NCBI GenBank assembly: GCA_965202585.1
Contig: OZ241831.1
Coordinates: 54,932,001 to 54,996,000, forward strand
Length of the DNA: 64,000 bases
Source of the DNA: Thalia democratica
Lineage: Eukaryota
Direction: 5' to 3'
Both the position numbers and the translations under genes were made by a program. How positions within the stretch are numbered: position 1 is the first letter of the stretch; every line of letters begins with the position of its first letter. Positions 27,028 through 39,700 of the stretch are shown here, in pieces. The notes under the pieces are model-generated. The model did not search any database and was not told where the DNA came from. It was given only the letters and a program-made list of their open reading frames with translations.

Positions 27028-30000
27028 TTACATCAGAGTTATTTCATCCCCGATTCCTGATTCAACTGAGACTTTAGGAGCCTTCGCCTCTTTTTCCTCG
27101 GCCACATTCTTGTTTGCAGAAGACCTGACTATTGAATTGATGGGGATGTTATCGGATTCGTCTGAACTGTAAAACGCCTGAAACAACATTTATTTTTTAA
27201 TTTTTTTTTATACAAATACTTTTTTGAAACTGCTTTGTCTAGTTTTAAAAATATCTATAGATTGCTTAAATATTTTTAAATTTAGTGTTTAGTTTTAAAA
27301 GTTTTATTAAAAAATCGTCAAAAAGAGTCTCATACTTACCTGGTAGAAATGCTCAGTTTCAACAGATTGCTTCTTCTCCCTCAGGTTTTTTGGTAGGACA
27401 GTGGCGTAAACTGATACTTGTTCTGCCGGTACCTGCGCTGGATTGCTCCCGTCATCCTGATTAATCCTGATCATTTCCTGATCCCCTTCTTGCTGCTCAT
27501 CAGTTTCCTGTTGACCCTCCTGTGTCTCGCTTGCGTTTTGTTCGTTCGTGTTCACTCCCTGATCATCATTCTGTCGACTTTCCTCGTCCGAATCGACAAG
27601 ACGCTGTATTTTAATTATTTATATAATATGTTTTTTTAATTAATGTAAAGAACTTTATAATAATCAAATTTAATTTATATTTGTTTTTTTTACGATTAGA
27701 GTAATAAAAATATTCTGGGCAAAATTAAAATAAAGATTTATTTTAAACAAAACGTAAGGTTGTGACTAAAGTATTAAAAAAAAAAGTTTGTATCACATAA
27801 CTTATAAAAAACTTACATTATAAAATTGTAATGCACAAATAAAATGAACGAAGCACTTACATTGATAGAAGTTATAGAGTGGTATATGTTTTGTTCTTCA
27901 GTATTGTCTCCTGAGTTGTCCACTAGATTGTTGACTTGATTTCTAGACAATATACTATCTACAGGAAAACTCCAAGGTTCGTCATCACATCTGTAATTAA
28001 TTTAGTTTTAATCATAACGTAATGGTTTTAACAAAAACATTAAGTTTACTTTGTACTTTTAGTGCTTTAGAAGTTTTAATAATCCAGTTTAGGTTAAAAG
28101 TAGCCTTATAAATTTTTCCCAAAAATATATTTTCAAGTGTTTGTGCTTATAACAGTATTTTTAAAATTCAAACTTACCTAATAGGGGGCAGACTCCTCGA
28201 CTGAATTGGGGATGGCCTGAGAACAGGGTTTGAGCTTATAATAATTGGACTCGACTGTCTCATAGAGACAATTTCGTATCGAACGTTTGAAGTTGAAGGG
28301 ATCAATCTTGTTAGTGAAGGTTTATGTGATACCCTGTTTTTTTTTTTGTTTTATGGGTGAATGTGGAAATTTTTGAAACTTGCCTAAAACACGTTCATTT
28401 GGTATATCTAGCGAATCATATTTCTTTATGCCAATAATTATGTTGTGTTTTCTACGATTTTGTAACATGATCTATTTTAATGAGTATATTTGAAATTTAT
28501 GAAAGTTATTAAAAAATATAAGCTTATTTAAAATGAAAGCCTTAAAATATTAAAAATAAAATCAAGTGTTTTACTTGAAAGAGTGTTAATAATGTTGTTA
28601 ATTTTGTAACTAAGTAACGTTTTTAAACAAACAGTTATCTGCATTAAGATATTCATGAAAGTATTTATGATTAGTCCTCTACTGGATATTAGCAACCTTC
28701 AATCTTAAAACGAATGCTTTCAAGTAAGTAGTTTAAAAATCACTATTTATGACTTATTTTAAGTGTTTGTTCAAGGTAAAAATTAATTAAAAAAACTTAA
28801 AATGGCAAGTTTTAAAACAACTTGAATATAATATTACTCGGACATTTTCAACTCAGTAACCTTTAAATAGTATACAAAAATATTTTTTTTTACATTAAGA
28901 TGTTATGACCGAAATGAGTTATAAACAAAACTTTGGTAAGAAAATTTTACAGTAAAATTTAAAACATATTTTATGATAGTTTAAAATAAGCTTTACGTAA
29001 CTTTTTAAAAAATATACAGTGTTTTTTATTGAGTTTAGAGTAAACGATGTGAAAAAAATAAAGTTTTTTTGTTACCGTCTGTAGCAGGCAAAGTGGATGG
29101 TTACTGCCAGGATGACACATAAACTAATGATTACAATTATCATTATTATTTTGTCTGAACTTTCATTTTTAACTTCTTTTCCTTCTATTGAACCTGTTGA
29201 TATTTTAGTAAACTTTTAAAAACAGATAATTCAAGTTGTTTATAGAGTAGGTTTCCAGCATAGTAGTTTATATAACTTGATAGTTTTTTCATTCAAAAAC
29301 TCTTTTTTTTTTATTTTTTGAAGTTAGTTAGTTAAAAATATTATTTAGTCTACGCTAACTTTTAGTCATCTAACAACCATATACTTTTGAATCTAATGAG
29401 AAATTTAGGAAATAAACATCGCTTTAAAGCTAGTCTTCACCTACTTTAAATCATTTTTTTGTTTATTTTTATTTTATATCGTAATATAATACCTAAGAAA
29501 ATTAACAGATAATATAATAACAATATATTAGTAAAAAATATAAATATTCCTCCATTAATAAGTTTTAAGCTAAGAAAAATAGCTAAAATTTTCATGTAAA
29601 TATAAAAGAATAAATTGTACTAAACACATCATTTTAACACCTTACAAAGTAGTTAGTCGAGAATCTGAAAACTTTATAGGAATAAGAAAAAATAATAAGT
29701 AAATTTTAAAGTTTTATCTATAATAATTGCTTCACTGGCTTTAAAAGTAGACCTAACCAATAGCCAGTTTTTTATTAAAACAAAAAATTGTATTTTAGTA
29801 TGTTGACTAAAAAATATTAAGTGTTATTAGATATTGTGAGTATTTACTTTTAAGCACATACACTAAAATGTTCTAAGTGAGCTATTAAACTTACTCAAAA
29901 CAATATTTTTTTAAATGATTAAAAGTTTAGCAAGTTTTTGGTTGGTTCCTATACTCATAAACTATTAATCTTTATAACTGTTACAGTTTATTCTATGATA

Positions 30001-31096
30001 AATGCTTATTTGTTAAGCTTACGAAATTGACAGCGTGATCCAAAGTAGCCTGTAGGACAAATGCACTTGGGTCCATTGTACTCTTCATAATAACATTTGC
30101 CAGTCGTACAAAAGTCGTCAACATCACATGGATCTATAAATGTTAAACTTTTTAAAAAAAGTAATACGTTTCAAAATATATAGCTGCTAAACCATGAGAG
30201 TCCATTCTTCTTAAGCTTTATTTTTAATGTAGTTATTCATTTGACAAAAGTTTTTGTATAATTTTTTTATTCAAAACAAAAACTTTCTTTAAAAATTAAA
30301 ATAAAATGTAGAAACTCATAAACTATAAATACGAAGTTAATGTGTTGTTTTAAAATTACAAGAGAAAATAAATATAGGCTACAATGTAATTTAATGTTGG
30401 AATTTATAATGGCGACACATATTAACTAACAGTATTTAAACTGATCCGTGATACAGTTGTGATCTGAAGCGAAACTTTTGAATTGTTTGTTGTAGCATTC
30501 CGCTGTAAATAATAATTTATTTAGTTAAGGCAAAAATTAAAAGCGCTTGATAACATTTTAAACAAAACCAGGTATAAGTGTCTTGGTTTTAAATTATTAA
30601 CAAATTAATGTTTATCGATAAAGGTTAATCAATAAAGTATTAAGTTAACAATATTAAATTTTTTCTTTTTTAACTTCTTACTAGTTTCGCAAAATTGCCC
30701 ATGAAATCCAGGTTCACAAAGACATGCTCTTGATTTATCTGCCGTTGTGATGCACGAACCGTGTGTACAAGTGTTTCTGTGGTTACACTCATAACTCGCA
30801 TCTAAAAATTAGTTTCATCAACTAGAAAAGCTAAGTATTAAAGTATTTTTCAGTGTATTATTCAAGTTTAACATTTTTTGAAAATTATTTAAGAAATTTA
30901 TAGAATTTAAAAGACTTCTGATAAAAAATTTTTTGTCAACTACATAATTTAGTAATCTTAAATCATGTTAAAGTTATTTATTGAAAAGTATACATTTGAG
31001 TTATTAACAAACGTTTAAAACTAATCTTCACTTACTTGCAGCACTGGACAGTATAAAAATGATTATGGTTATCATACACAACTTGGCTATTTCCAT
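27028..31096 (-). CDS. Type I transmembrane receptor with signal peptide, 2 EGF-like domains, TM helix and ITIM-bearing cytoplasmic tail (~410 aa); 1-nt frameshift in exon 6 as given
   Basis: Nine exons, all GT-AG and phase-consistent: 31036-31096 (MEIAKLCMITIIIFILSSAA, signal peptide); 30682-30801 (EGF1 CNHRNTCTHGSCITTADKSRACLCEPGFHGQFC); 30431-30502 (2-Cys linker); 30023-30133 (EGF2 CDVDDFCTTGKCYYEEYNGPKCICPTGYFGSRC); 29076-29193 (TM IIMIIVIISLCVILAVTIHFACY then RR); 28178-28383; 27861-27990; 27340-27603 (track ORF 27307-27555); and 27028-27177 (ends ...GIGDEITLM*). Exon 6 is 206 nt where the flanking phases require 207. Confidence 0.9.
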
Positions 31097-34005
31097 TTTA
31101 AGGTTTAGTTTATTTTACTGAATAAATCTAAAATCATGTAGTAGTCAGTATATTTAAAATTGTTATTTTTTATGTCTTTCAATATAACTTGTAAAGTAGA
31201 TATTACACTATTATTTCTAAAGTGATTTTTATAAAGGGAATATTTACAAAATACAAACTAAAACAATAGCTTTTCTAAAAAAATTAAATTATCTTATTTA
31301 TCTTATTTCATTTTAAACTAGTCAGCTACATTTTCATAATAAGTATACTCTGATATACGACAAAATATAAGTTTTTTTAATATTTTATAAGTTTTGTTAG
31401 TTAAACTAAGTGCATTAAAAAGCTTTCTACAGAAACATTAGTTTAAAAAAAAAAGAGTGTTAACTTATAAAAACATACATACTTAATCAAAATCGAGATA
31501 AGTAAACTTATTAACACATACACACTTCGTATCTTAAAAATTGTGTGAAAATTAAATACCGACAGTAGAAAGGCACTGGTTATAAGGTTAAAATATCTTT
31601 ACTTTGATTGACATATTAAATATATTAACACAAAATATTCTACCTATTTAAGTTCATAATGTTTAATTTTTCCTTATTTTACAGTAGTTTTTGATATTTT
31701 TGAACAGTAAAGAGAATTACCAAGTTATTTTTAAATATATGAAAAAATACATTATGTATTTACAAAACTTCATGTTACTATTTTTAGCAGCATGAAATTC
31801 TTAAAATATTAAACTATAAAAGCAAAGCAGTATTTTCTATTGAGAATTCTAGTTTTTCTTACGAAGTTTCTTTCTGTTATAAAAAGTTGTACTTTAGGAT
31901 AAATAGTTTTTTTCTGAGATTAGTCTAACTATTTAGTAAAGTTTTAATTAAGGAATACCTAACAGTTTTATACAACATAAATAGTAATTAAAAAAACTCT
32001 ATATACCGCTAGTTAATACAAAATAATCAGTAATTTAATTTTTAAAGTTTTTTTTCACTGTATTTTAAATAGGTTATATATTTTTAATGCTACTTATTTT
32101 TATACTACAAAACTAAAAACTATGCATACTTTTGCGTTCAGCTATAAAAATTAGCAGTATATTATGTTATATTAGTAACGTTTACACTGCACTTATTGTT
32201 TGTAGTTAGTTTGTAGTTATAACTTTGCAGACTAACATCATAAATTAACTAGAACAGTCATGAAATAAAATAGTACACGAAACACAGGATATAAATTTAC
32301 GGCGACTTTAGGTTTTACGACCTTAAATTAAATTTAACATTTTGAAAAACTTTATAACTTCAAAGCATGATATTGTTCAAAACTAAAAGGTATTATTTAT
32401 CTAAACTATTGAAAAGAAATACAAAAAATACATATCTGTAAAACTTTGTAAAACAATAAAATGTTATTGTAGCTCTTGGTTTCAAAAATCTGATTAACTT
32501 TATATTTAAATATTTTCACCTCTGTATGCATCTTAAAAAACAACGTAAAATTTTAAGAATCCATTTTTAAAACTTATTTTGTATGAAAATAAAATGATAA
32601 TAGTAAGTTTTTGTGAGTGGAAGTAAAATTTTACCAAAATCTGAGTTATTTTATAAAAAAGTAAAACGAAGCAATTAATTATTTTATTAATATACTTTAA
32701 GAACTTACTTAGAATTTTATCAGAATTTGTAAGCAGATTGTATCTATTACAACCACTAATAATGACCTAACCACTTGTCATATTTTCATTAACGATCTAC
32801 AGTTAAATTTTTTGATTGTCAGACAGTTTTCAATATCTGGAATTAATGAGATAGTCACTTATTGTATCTACTTGTATTGTTATTGTAAATATTAAGTTGA
32901 AGTATGGGTATCAAGTATACTTAAATCTTAGAAATTTCAAATGTTTTATGCTAATTAACTAAAAAAAATTTGCTAGTAGCTTAAATTATCTAACGTTTTA
33001 TACAAACAAATGTTAAGAACAAAATAAACACTAAAAAAACAAGTTTACCAGAAAAACAATATTAATATATGCAACAACAATATCTTTTAGTAAAAATAAT
33101 ATAATTAATCAGTTAAAGAGTTAAATTTTCTTAATGACTTTTTTGTATCAGTTATAGGTGGTGTAAATTAGGTGCTGTTAAAGACAAAACTTTTTTTATT
33201 TTTTTTTTTGATGTTCTTATTTATACAATAAAACTTTGTCCAGAATTCTTTTTATAGTATGTCTATTTGAAAAATTGTATGTGCTAGACAATTAAGTTAT
33301 AACTTTCTACATTTTAAACTTCATTACTAAAATTTGAAGAAAATTAGATAGGAATCATTTACAAAAAGTAAACTAATTAGTTTCATAACTTAAAAAATAC
33401 ATAAGAATTGTGTATAAGTTGTACTTTAAACAAATAATAACTAAAAGGCTCTAATAAGTAGAATATTTATTATGAACAACCTTTGTTAAAGGACATTTAA
33501 AAAACTTCCATTTTTAGACAATTTAAAAAATTGAGCTAAAATTTTAACTATTAAGTTAGAAAATACAAAGAATAAAAAAAGCTAAAATTAAATAAATAAA
33601 AATATTCAGTCATTACTAACAAACCAGTACAATCAAAATCAATTTTATCATAAACGGGTTTTATTAAGATTAACTATTTGTTATTATCAAAAATATTTTA
33701 GAAAAAAAACTATAAACAGTGTGCTGTGCTGATTATTTTAAATTTATTTTCTTATTTATTGTCGAAAAAACTGGTTGTTTTTCTCCTTAAAAGATTCAAA
33801 ACTTGAAATTTTAATATTTTAGTGCAAAGTAGTAACAGGGTGGTACTAGTTTAAAGTTTCATTTCTTTTTTTAAATCTTAAAGAGTTTTAATCTTTTTTA
33901 TACAATACTTTTCCATACAACAATAAAGCTTTTAACTTTTACAAAATTGATGTTTGTAGTAATTTTAAACTACTTGAAATATTTTTTTTTGAAATATATT
34001 TGTGT

Positions 34006-34395
34006 TAAGGTTGCCATCTCAGTCTTTAAGTCAAAAAATTTTGGGTTATCAAAATTTGATAGGTTTACTTTAAACTAGCATGAGTTAGACTAAATTATGA
34101 AAAGGTTGGAAAAACAATTTGAGCCAAAAAGCTTAAAAGCTTACTGTTATAATTGATTGAATACCTAAAAAGACCATAATAATAACAAAATACTTATATA
34201 AAACACATATTGAAAAAAGAGTATAAAATTGTCTTATGGATATTAAATAATGCATAAAATGCCTTAGCTGACAAAATTCAAAGTAGCCTGATTCTCTATT
34301 AATATTTTTTAATGGTTAAGCTAGTCTGAGTTAACCGAGGTTAGCCTGTTTTTTTTTTCAAATTTTCAAACAACCCTGACTGTGTGGCAACTCTG
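34006..34395. mobile_element. Decayed GGTTGCCA/TGGCAAC-type MITE with a nested CAACCCTG end
   Basis: aaggttgcca at ~34007, tggcaactctg at 34385-34395 and an inner aaacaaccctg at 34368-34378. These are the same terminal motifs as 973-1392. Confidence 0.5.
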
Positions 34396-36789
34396 TTGTG
34401 TTAATAAATCTAAACACTATTATTGACTCTATAAAAAATATAGATAACTATAAAAGTTTAAACATTTAGTAAATATGATAAATAAAAGCATTAAAAACAC
34501 TCCAAAATTATTTTTACGATATTCGCTTTTCCAAAGTACACGTCACCTACTTTATATATAAGTAACAGTCAACTTTGTTGATGATATTATACAATGTTTT
34601 ATTTAACTTTTTTTATTTTTTTACTAATATTTTTATTAAATATTTAAGATTATGTTTTACTTTTTACATGAAGTTAAATAGTTATATATTAATATTTTGT
34701 GGAAATAACAACTTCATACAACTTTAATAATGTAAATAGTCTTAATATTATTTTTATTTATGAAACTTTTACACCTTTCTTTTTGAAGCAAGTAAATTCA
34801 AATAAAGATTTTCAGACTTCATTTAGATAAGTGGTATGAAAAAACTTATCTTAACAATAATAAAAAACATACATTTTAAACGAATTTATGGTAACTCTTT
34901 TTTTTTGTAGTGCATTTTGTATTAAGGAATAAAATTAAAATGTACTTTTAGGAGCATTTCAGTTAGGTTTGTTATAACAGTTTTTAAATTATTGAAAAGT
35001 TTGAGTTATAATTGACATTATAAATTTAGTTTAGTTTAAGATTTTGCACATGAATTTTAAATCTATAATTTACATTTTAAGAAACAGTTCTTAGGATTGT
35101 TTTTTAACAAACTTACTAGCTAAACCATGAACTTACAAAACTAATTAGTTTAAAATTGATACAATCTTAGCAAATTTTTTATTTACTTTTTTTTATTGAC
35201 AAATACTTTTTTATTAGTTTTAATGGCTTATAGATGAATTAGTAAAACTTTAATTTTCTCATGACTTTAAGAAGTGAATTTTGAGTATAAATTGTTTCAC
35301 TTTGTATAAAAAACCATATCTGAATTATAATATTTACAACTCTTTATCAATTGTCTTCAAACATGTTAAACTTGTTGCAAGATATAATATGACAAGTTTA
35401 AATAAATATTTTTAGATAAGTGCTTAAAAACTGAGCAAAATCGTTTAAGTTTTATACTTTATGCTTTTTTATAAAAACAAGTTATTACTAAAATGTTTAG
35501 TTGACCAATTTTCTGCTTGTTACGAAACATTTCTATTTTAAATTAACATAAACTCTGTATCATGTAACACTAAGGAAATATACTTCCAATATAATTTAAA
35601 AGTACTATAATAATTCCCTTCCTTTTGTATGAGTGCTAGTTCTGTTTTTTTTTTTTTTGTAAAAAATTGTTTGTATAAATAATAAAATTAGGATACAGAT
35701 GAATGTTAATTCATTCACTTTAGTATACATATAAACATTTTTTACTTAATGTTATTGATAAACTTATTTTTCAAACACATAAGCTAGAAATTTTATTTAA
35801 TTTAATTTACGATTATTAAAGTTTATTTCTTATTACTATAAAAAGAAACTACTATAAAAAGAATATAATGCTTGACAAAAGAGCACACAACAGCTAGTTT
35901 TAATGTTAGGTTGTACTACTAGACTAGTTAAATTCCATCCTAAATACGAATTAAACTTTACTGAGTAAATTTCACGACTTAAAAAGTCTACACAAGCTTA
36001 TCAACAAACATATAAAACAATAATGTTAATCATAGGTCGGCTAAAAGCAGGGTTTCCCTAGTTTTTTTTTTAATTATAGTTTTATTAAAATTTAAAAAAT
36101 GAACACAACTTCAATTATTACCTAATCAAACTCTTCTAATAACCCATTTATTTTCTTTTACCTTATACCATCTTATCGTCACCTTATAGTCGCAGCTTAG
36201 AGACAGAAAAGGTCTATTATTGATAAACACTGCTTTAAATAGAAAAAAAATTGCCTGATATAGACAAATCAAAGAATACAAATATTATTAAAAAACGAGA
36301 GCTTAATCAAAATCTGCATTTATCAAGTAGATATTTTATATATTTAGTTACCTAAACTAAAGTCAACTCTCATTGATATCTTACTATTGATATAAGTAAG
36401 TTTATATGTTTATATTCAATTTTTTATTTAGTAAAGAATTGAAAGTAACTACAGAACTATTGTAATAGTTTTGTTAAATTGTTTAGTTTGTAATTTAGTA
36501 AAAGTTTGATCTAGTTTAGCTAAAGCCAATTACAAAATTTAAATTTATTCCTTAATATTTTTCACTGCTAAAACTCTGGTAGGTATAGATTAGGTTTAAT
36601 TTATTTTAAATTTTTTGAAACTTTATTAACTTTTTAATGTATAAAATATAAGTTATTCTTAATTTTATCTCAATCGTAAACAATCTTTAGACCAGGAGAT
36701 TCTTTTTTAACTTAATTGAACTGAAAACGTTAATCAAACTTCAATGTTAAAATTTTTCTATTTCAATATAAGTAAAAAACTAGTGCATT

Positions 36790-39700
36790 TTCAAACATTT
36801 TATTTTGCTGATTTTAAATCGTTTTTTTCTTCAAGTGTCCAAGACAATGAGAACCCCTTTGTTCAGACAGTAAACTATGAAATTTTTAGTAAGAATAACA
36901 TTACTGTAAAAAATATTGTATTATTTCAACTGTCTTTAAAAAAAATAGACATATAAACGCTTTTGTTTCAACAGTACTTTCTGAACAAAAGTACTAGTGA
37001 AACAAAAAAGTTTATTTGTTCAGTTTTTCAAAAACAATGGAAGTAATAATGCTTTTTTTTTACAATAATTTTGTCCTTTTTGTTTCCATTATTAGTATTT
37101 TCTTGAAGAAGCGTTTGAAGTCCAGATTAACTGTATATATACAAAATTTAATAAAGTTGTTAGTTAGTTTTATAAAAATGGTTAAAGGTTATACTAAAAA
37201 ACAATTTAACGAACCATTATTTTGAGTGACAATTTTACAAGTTGTTAAGTAGCAGTTAAACCATTCATACTTGAAAGAAACGTTTGATGACAGGTAAAAA
37301 ATTGCTGGTAAAGTTATTGTCCGCACCTGATAAATAGATCGTAAATTTTTTTTTATTTAAAATAAAAAACAATATTTGTCAACTCATATTAGATAAGTTC
37401 CTAAAATTTTACACTTAGTACAAATACTTTAAAAACGTGTATATAGACATTTTACATTTAGTTAATACCAAAGTAACCGTTTTAAATTAGTCGCTGTGTA
37501 ATTCACACTGTATTCTCTTACAATTATAGTTTAAGAAGATTTAAAAGAACAATGTCATGTATTATTCACTCAAACTAGCTGTGTTATTAAAGTTGGTGAA
37601 AAAAAAAATATTTTTTTTATTTTCATGAAAAATATTTTGATATGCTGAAGTCGCATTTAGAAAGAAATTATTGATCTTCAATTTTTTTCAATTTAATTGT
37701 AGCACCATTTATTAAAAACCAATCTAAGATGATTTTATTTTAGTGAAATGTATAACATTTAAAGCTTGACTTCTTACAAAAGTTATTAGTTTTTTTTTTT
37801 CTAAATTTAAAGTTCGATTTAATAAACCAGTAGAAAATAACTTAATTTTATTTAGTTATTTTATTACTGTTCTCATAATTATGTCATATAAAATTTTACT
37901 TTATATAAAATATCAAATTCACTACTAATTAGCTCAAAAACATAAAAAATGGTAATTAATTTTTAAGACATTTTTGCACAAAAGCACATGTTCAGAAAAG
38001 GTCACTTCTGTACAAAAAATTGTTTACACGGAAGATCACTTTTGCTAGAAGGGTCATTTTTGCACGAGAGTAAAATAAAATAATACAGGTAGAAAAAATA
38101 AAATGAAAATAAAAATAAAATTTACGGACCGAGGGTAAGGGATAAGGGTTGAAGTAATAGTATAAATGAAAGAATAAGAATAAAACAAAAACAAAAATAA
38201 TTTGTTTGCTGTTTCAGTATTGTCAATTGTATTTTACATGACTGTTGGTACAATTCATTATTTAGTTTACTTATATATGAACATTTTTAGTGTTTGTAAA
38301 ATATTTTTCAATGTGCAAGAGCTAAAGCAACAAAATTAATACTCAAAAAAGAAGAACCGTTTGTTTAGCAATAAAAAAGTATTGGCTACAAATAAATTAA
38401 ATATTACTAATGGCAATATAAAAAAAAAATATTTTTTTTTATGTACAATAACGTTTTTACTTTGTTTTTTATTGTCCTATACAATTTAAACAAATTATAA
38501 AACAACAGAAAGACACTTATATCAATTTTATTTTTTTAAATAGTTTATATTTTACATTTCAAATTTTTTAACAACCATCATATTTAGTATTATGACGTAA
38601 TTAAAACTACGTACCTAACAGCTTTAGTTACTGAGAACTTCCCACTGTAAAGTAACTCAATTAAATGTGATAATTGGATTTTCAACCGAGCGTTAAATTT
38701 TTCACCGCTACGGCAAACAAATTTCAAACTGTAATTAACACTGTTCGCTTGCTAATTGATGTGTGAGTTGAATTTTCTTATTAAAGATTTCATGTTAAAA
38801 TTTAAGTCTTCCTTAATGAATTTTATTTCAATTACGCTTGTCTCAAACTAGTTTTACTTTTCATAAGCTTTACATGCTTAAAAAGTATTCGCTCTCTAGT
38901 TGAAACGTAAGTTCAACTTTTATCTTAACGTTTAACAATAAATTAAATCTTTTTTGATGAATCATACGTATAACTGAATATAATTTGTTAGTTTTCTTAT
39001 TTACTGTAAAAAGTCAAATTTATATTTTGAATTTGTAACTAATTCATATCTTTTAATACGTGTTTACTTGATTTTAACGCTTTTAATTGTTTTTTTGAAA
39101 CCGAAACAAACTTACAAACTTAACTTAAAATAATTTTAAACCAAAATTGTATACTTATCAAAGTTTTAAATTTTTCATTCAGTCAATAAGTGCGTTAAAG
39201 TTTAACAAAAATATTTTAAATTTCTCTTTAAACATTTAAAAACCATTAACCAAAAACAAACTGCAAAACCTTTACAAGTTTTAAAAACGTTCAAGATTAA
39301 ATAGAACCTTGTAGAGCTATTAACAATAAATTCAAAGACAATACTGTGTAACAAAACAATATATGGTCACAAAACATTTTTCTTTATGGTGCATTAAAAA
39401 TTAAAAATCAACAACAAATAAAGTTATCGCCAGCAACTAATTATGACTGAGGTTTTTTGCTTTAATTTTAATTGTTCTCTTTAAATATATAAATAAAAAG
39501 ACAATATATTTTTTTTTGCTGGTAAACTATATATATTATATATAAACTACGGTAAAACAAGTTTTTTTTTTGCTAAAACCAAATAATTTTTAAAGGATCA
39601 ATTACAATGTTCATTATAAGTAATAAACTTTGTAACTATTCAAAAAGAAATCTATTAAAAAAAATTATCGAAACCATTTCAATTATCATTTTAGCTTCTT

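Noticed and set aside
27332-27343. ATACTTACCTGG, identical to the U1 snRNA 5' end
   Set aside because: It is the antisense of the receptor exon-8 donor (CCAG|GTAAGTAT). No U1 stem-loops or Sm site follow.
27418-27639. Plus-strand 73-aa hydrophobic ORF in the track
   Set aside because: It is the antisense shadow of the Glu/Gln-rich receptor exon 8.
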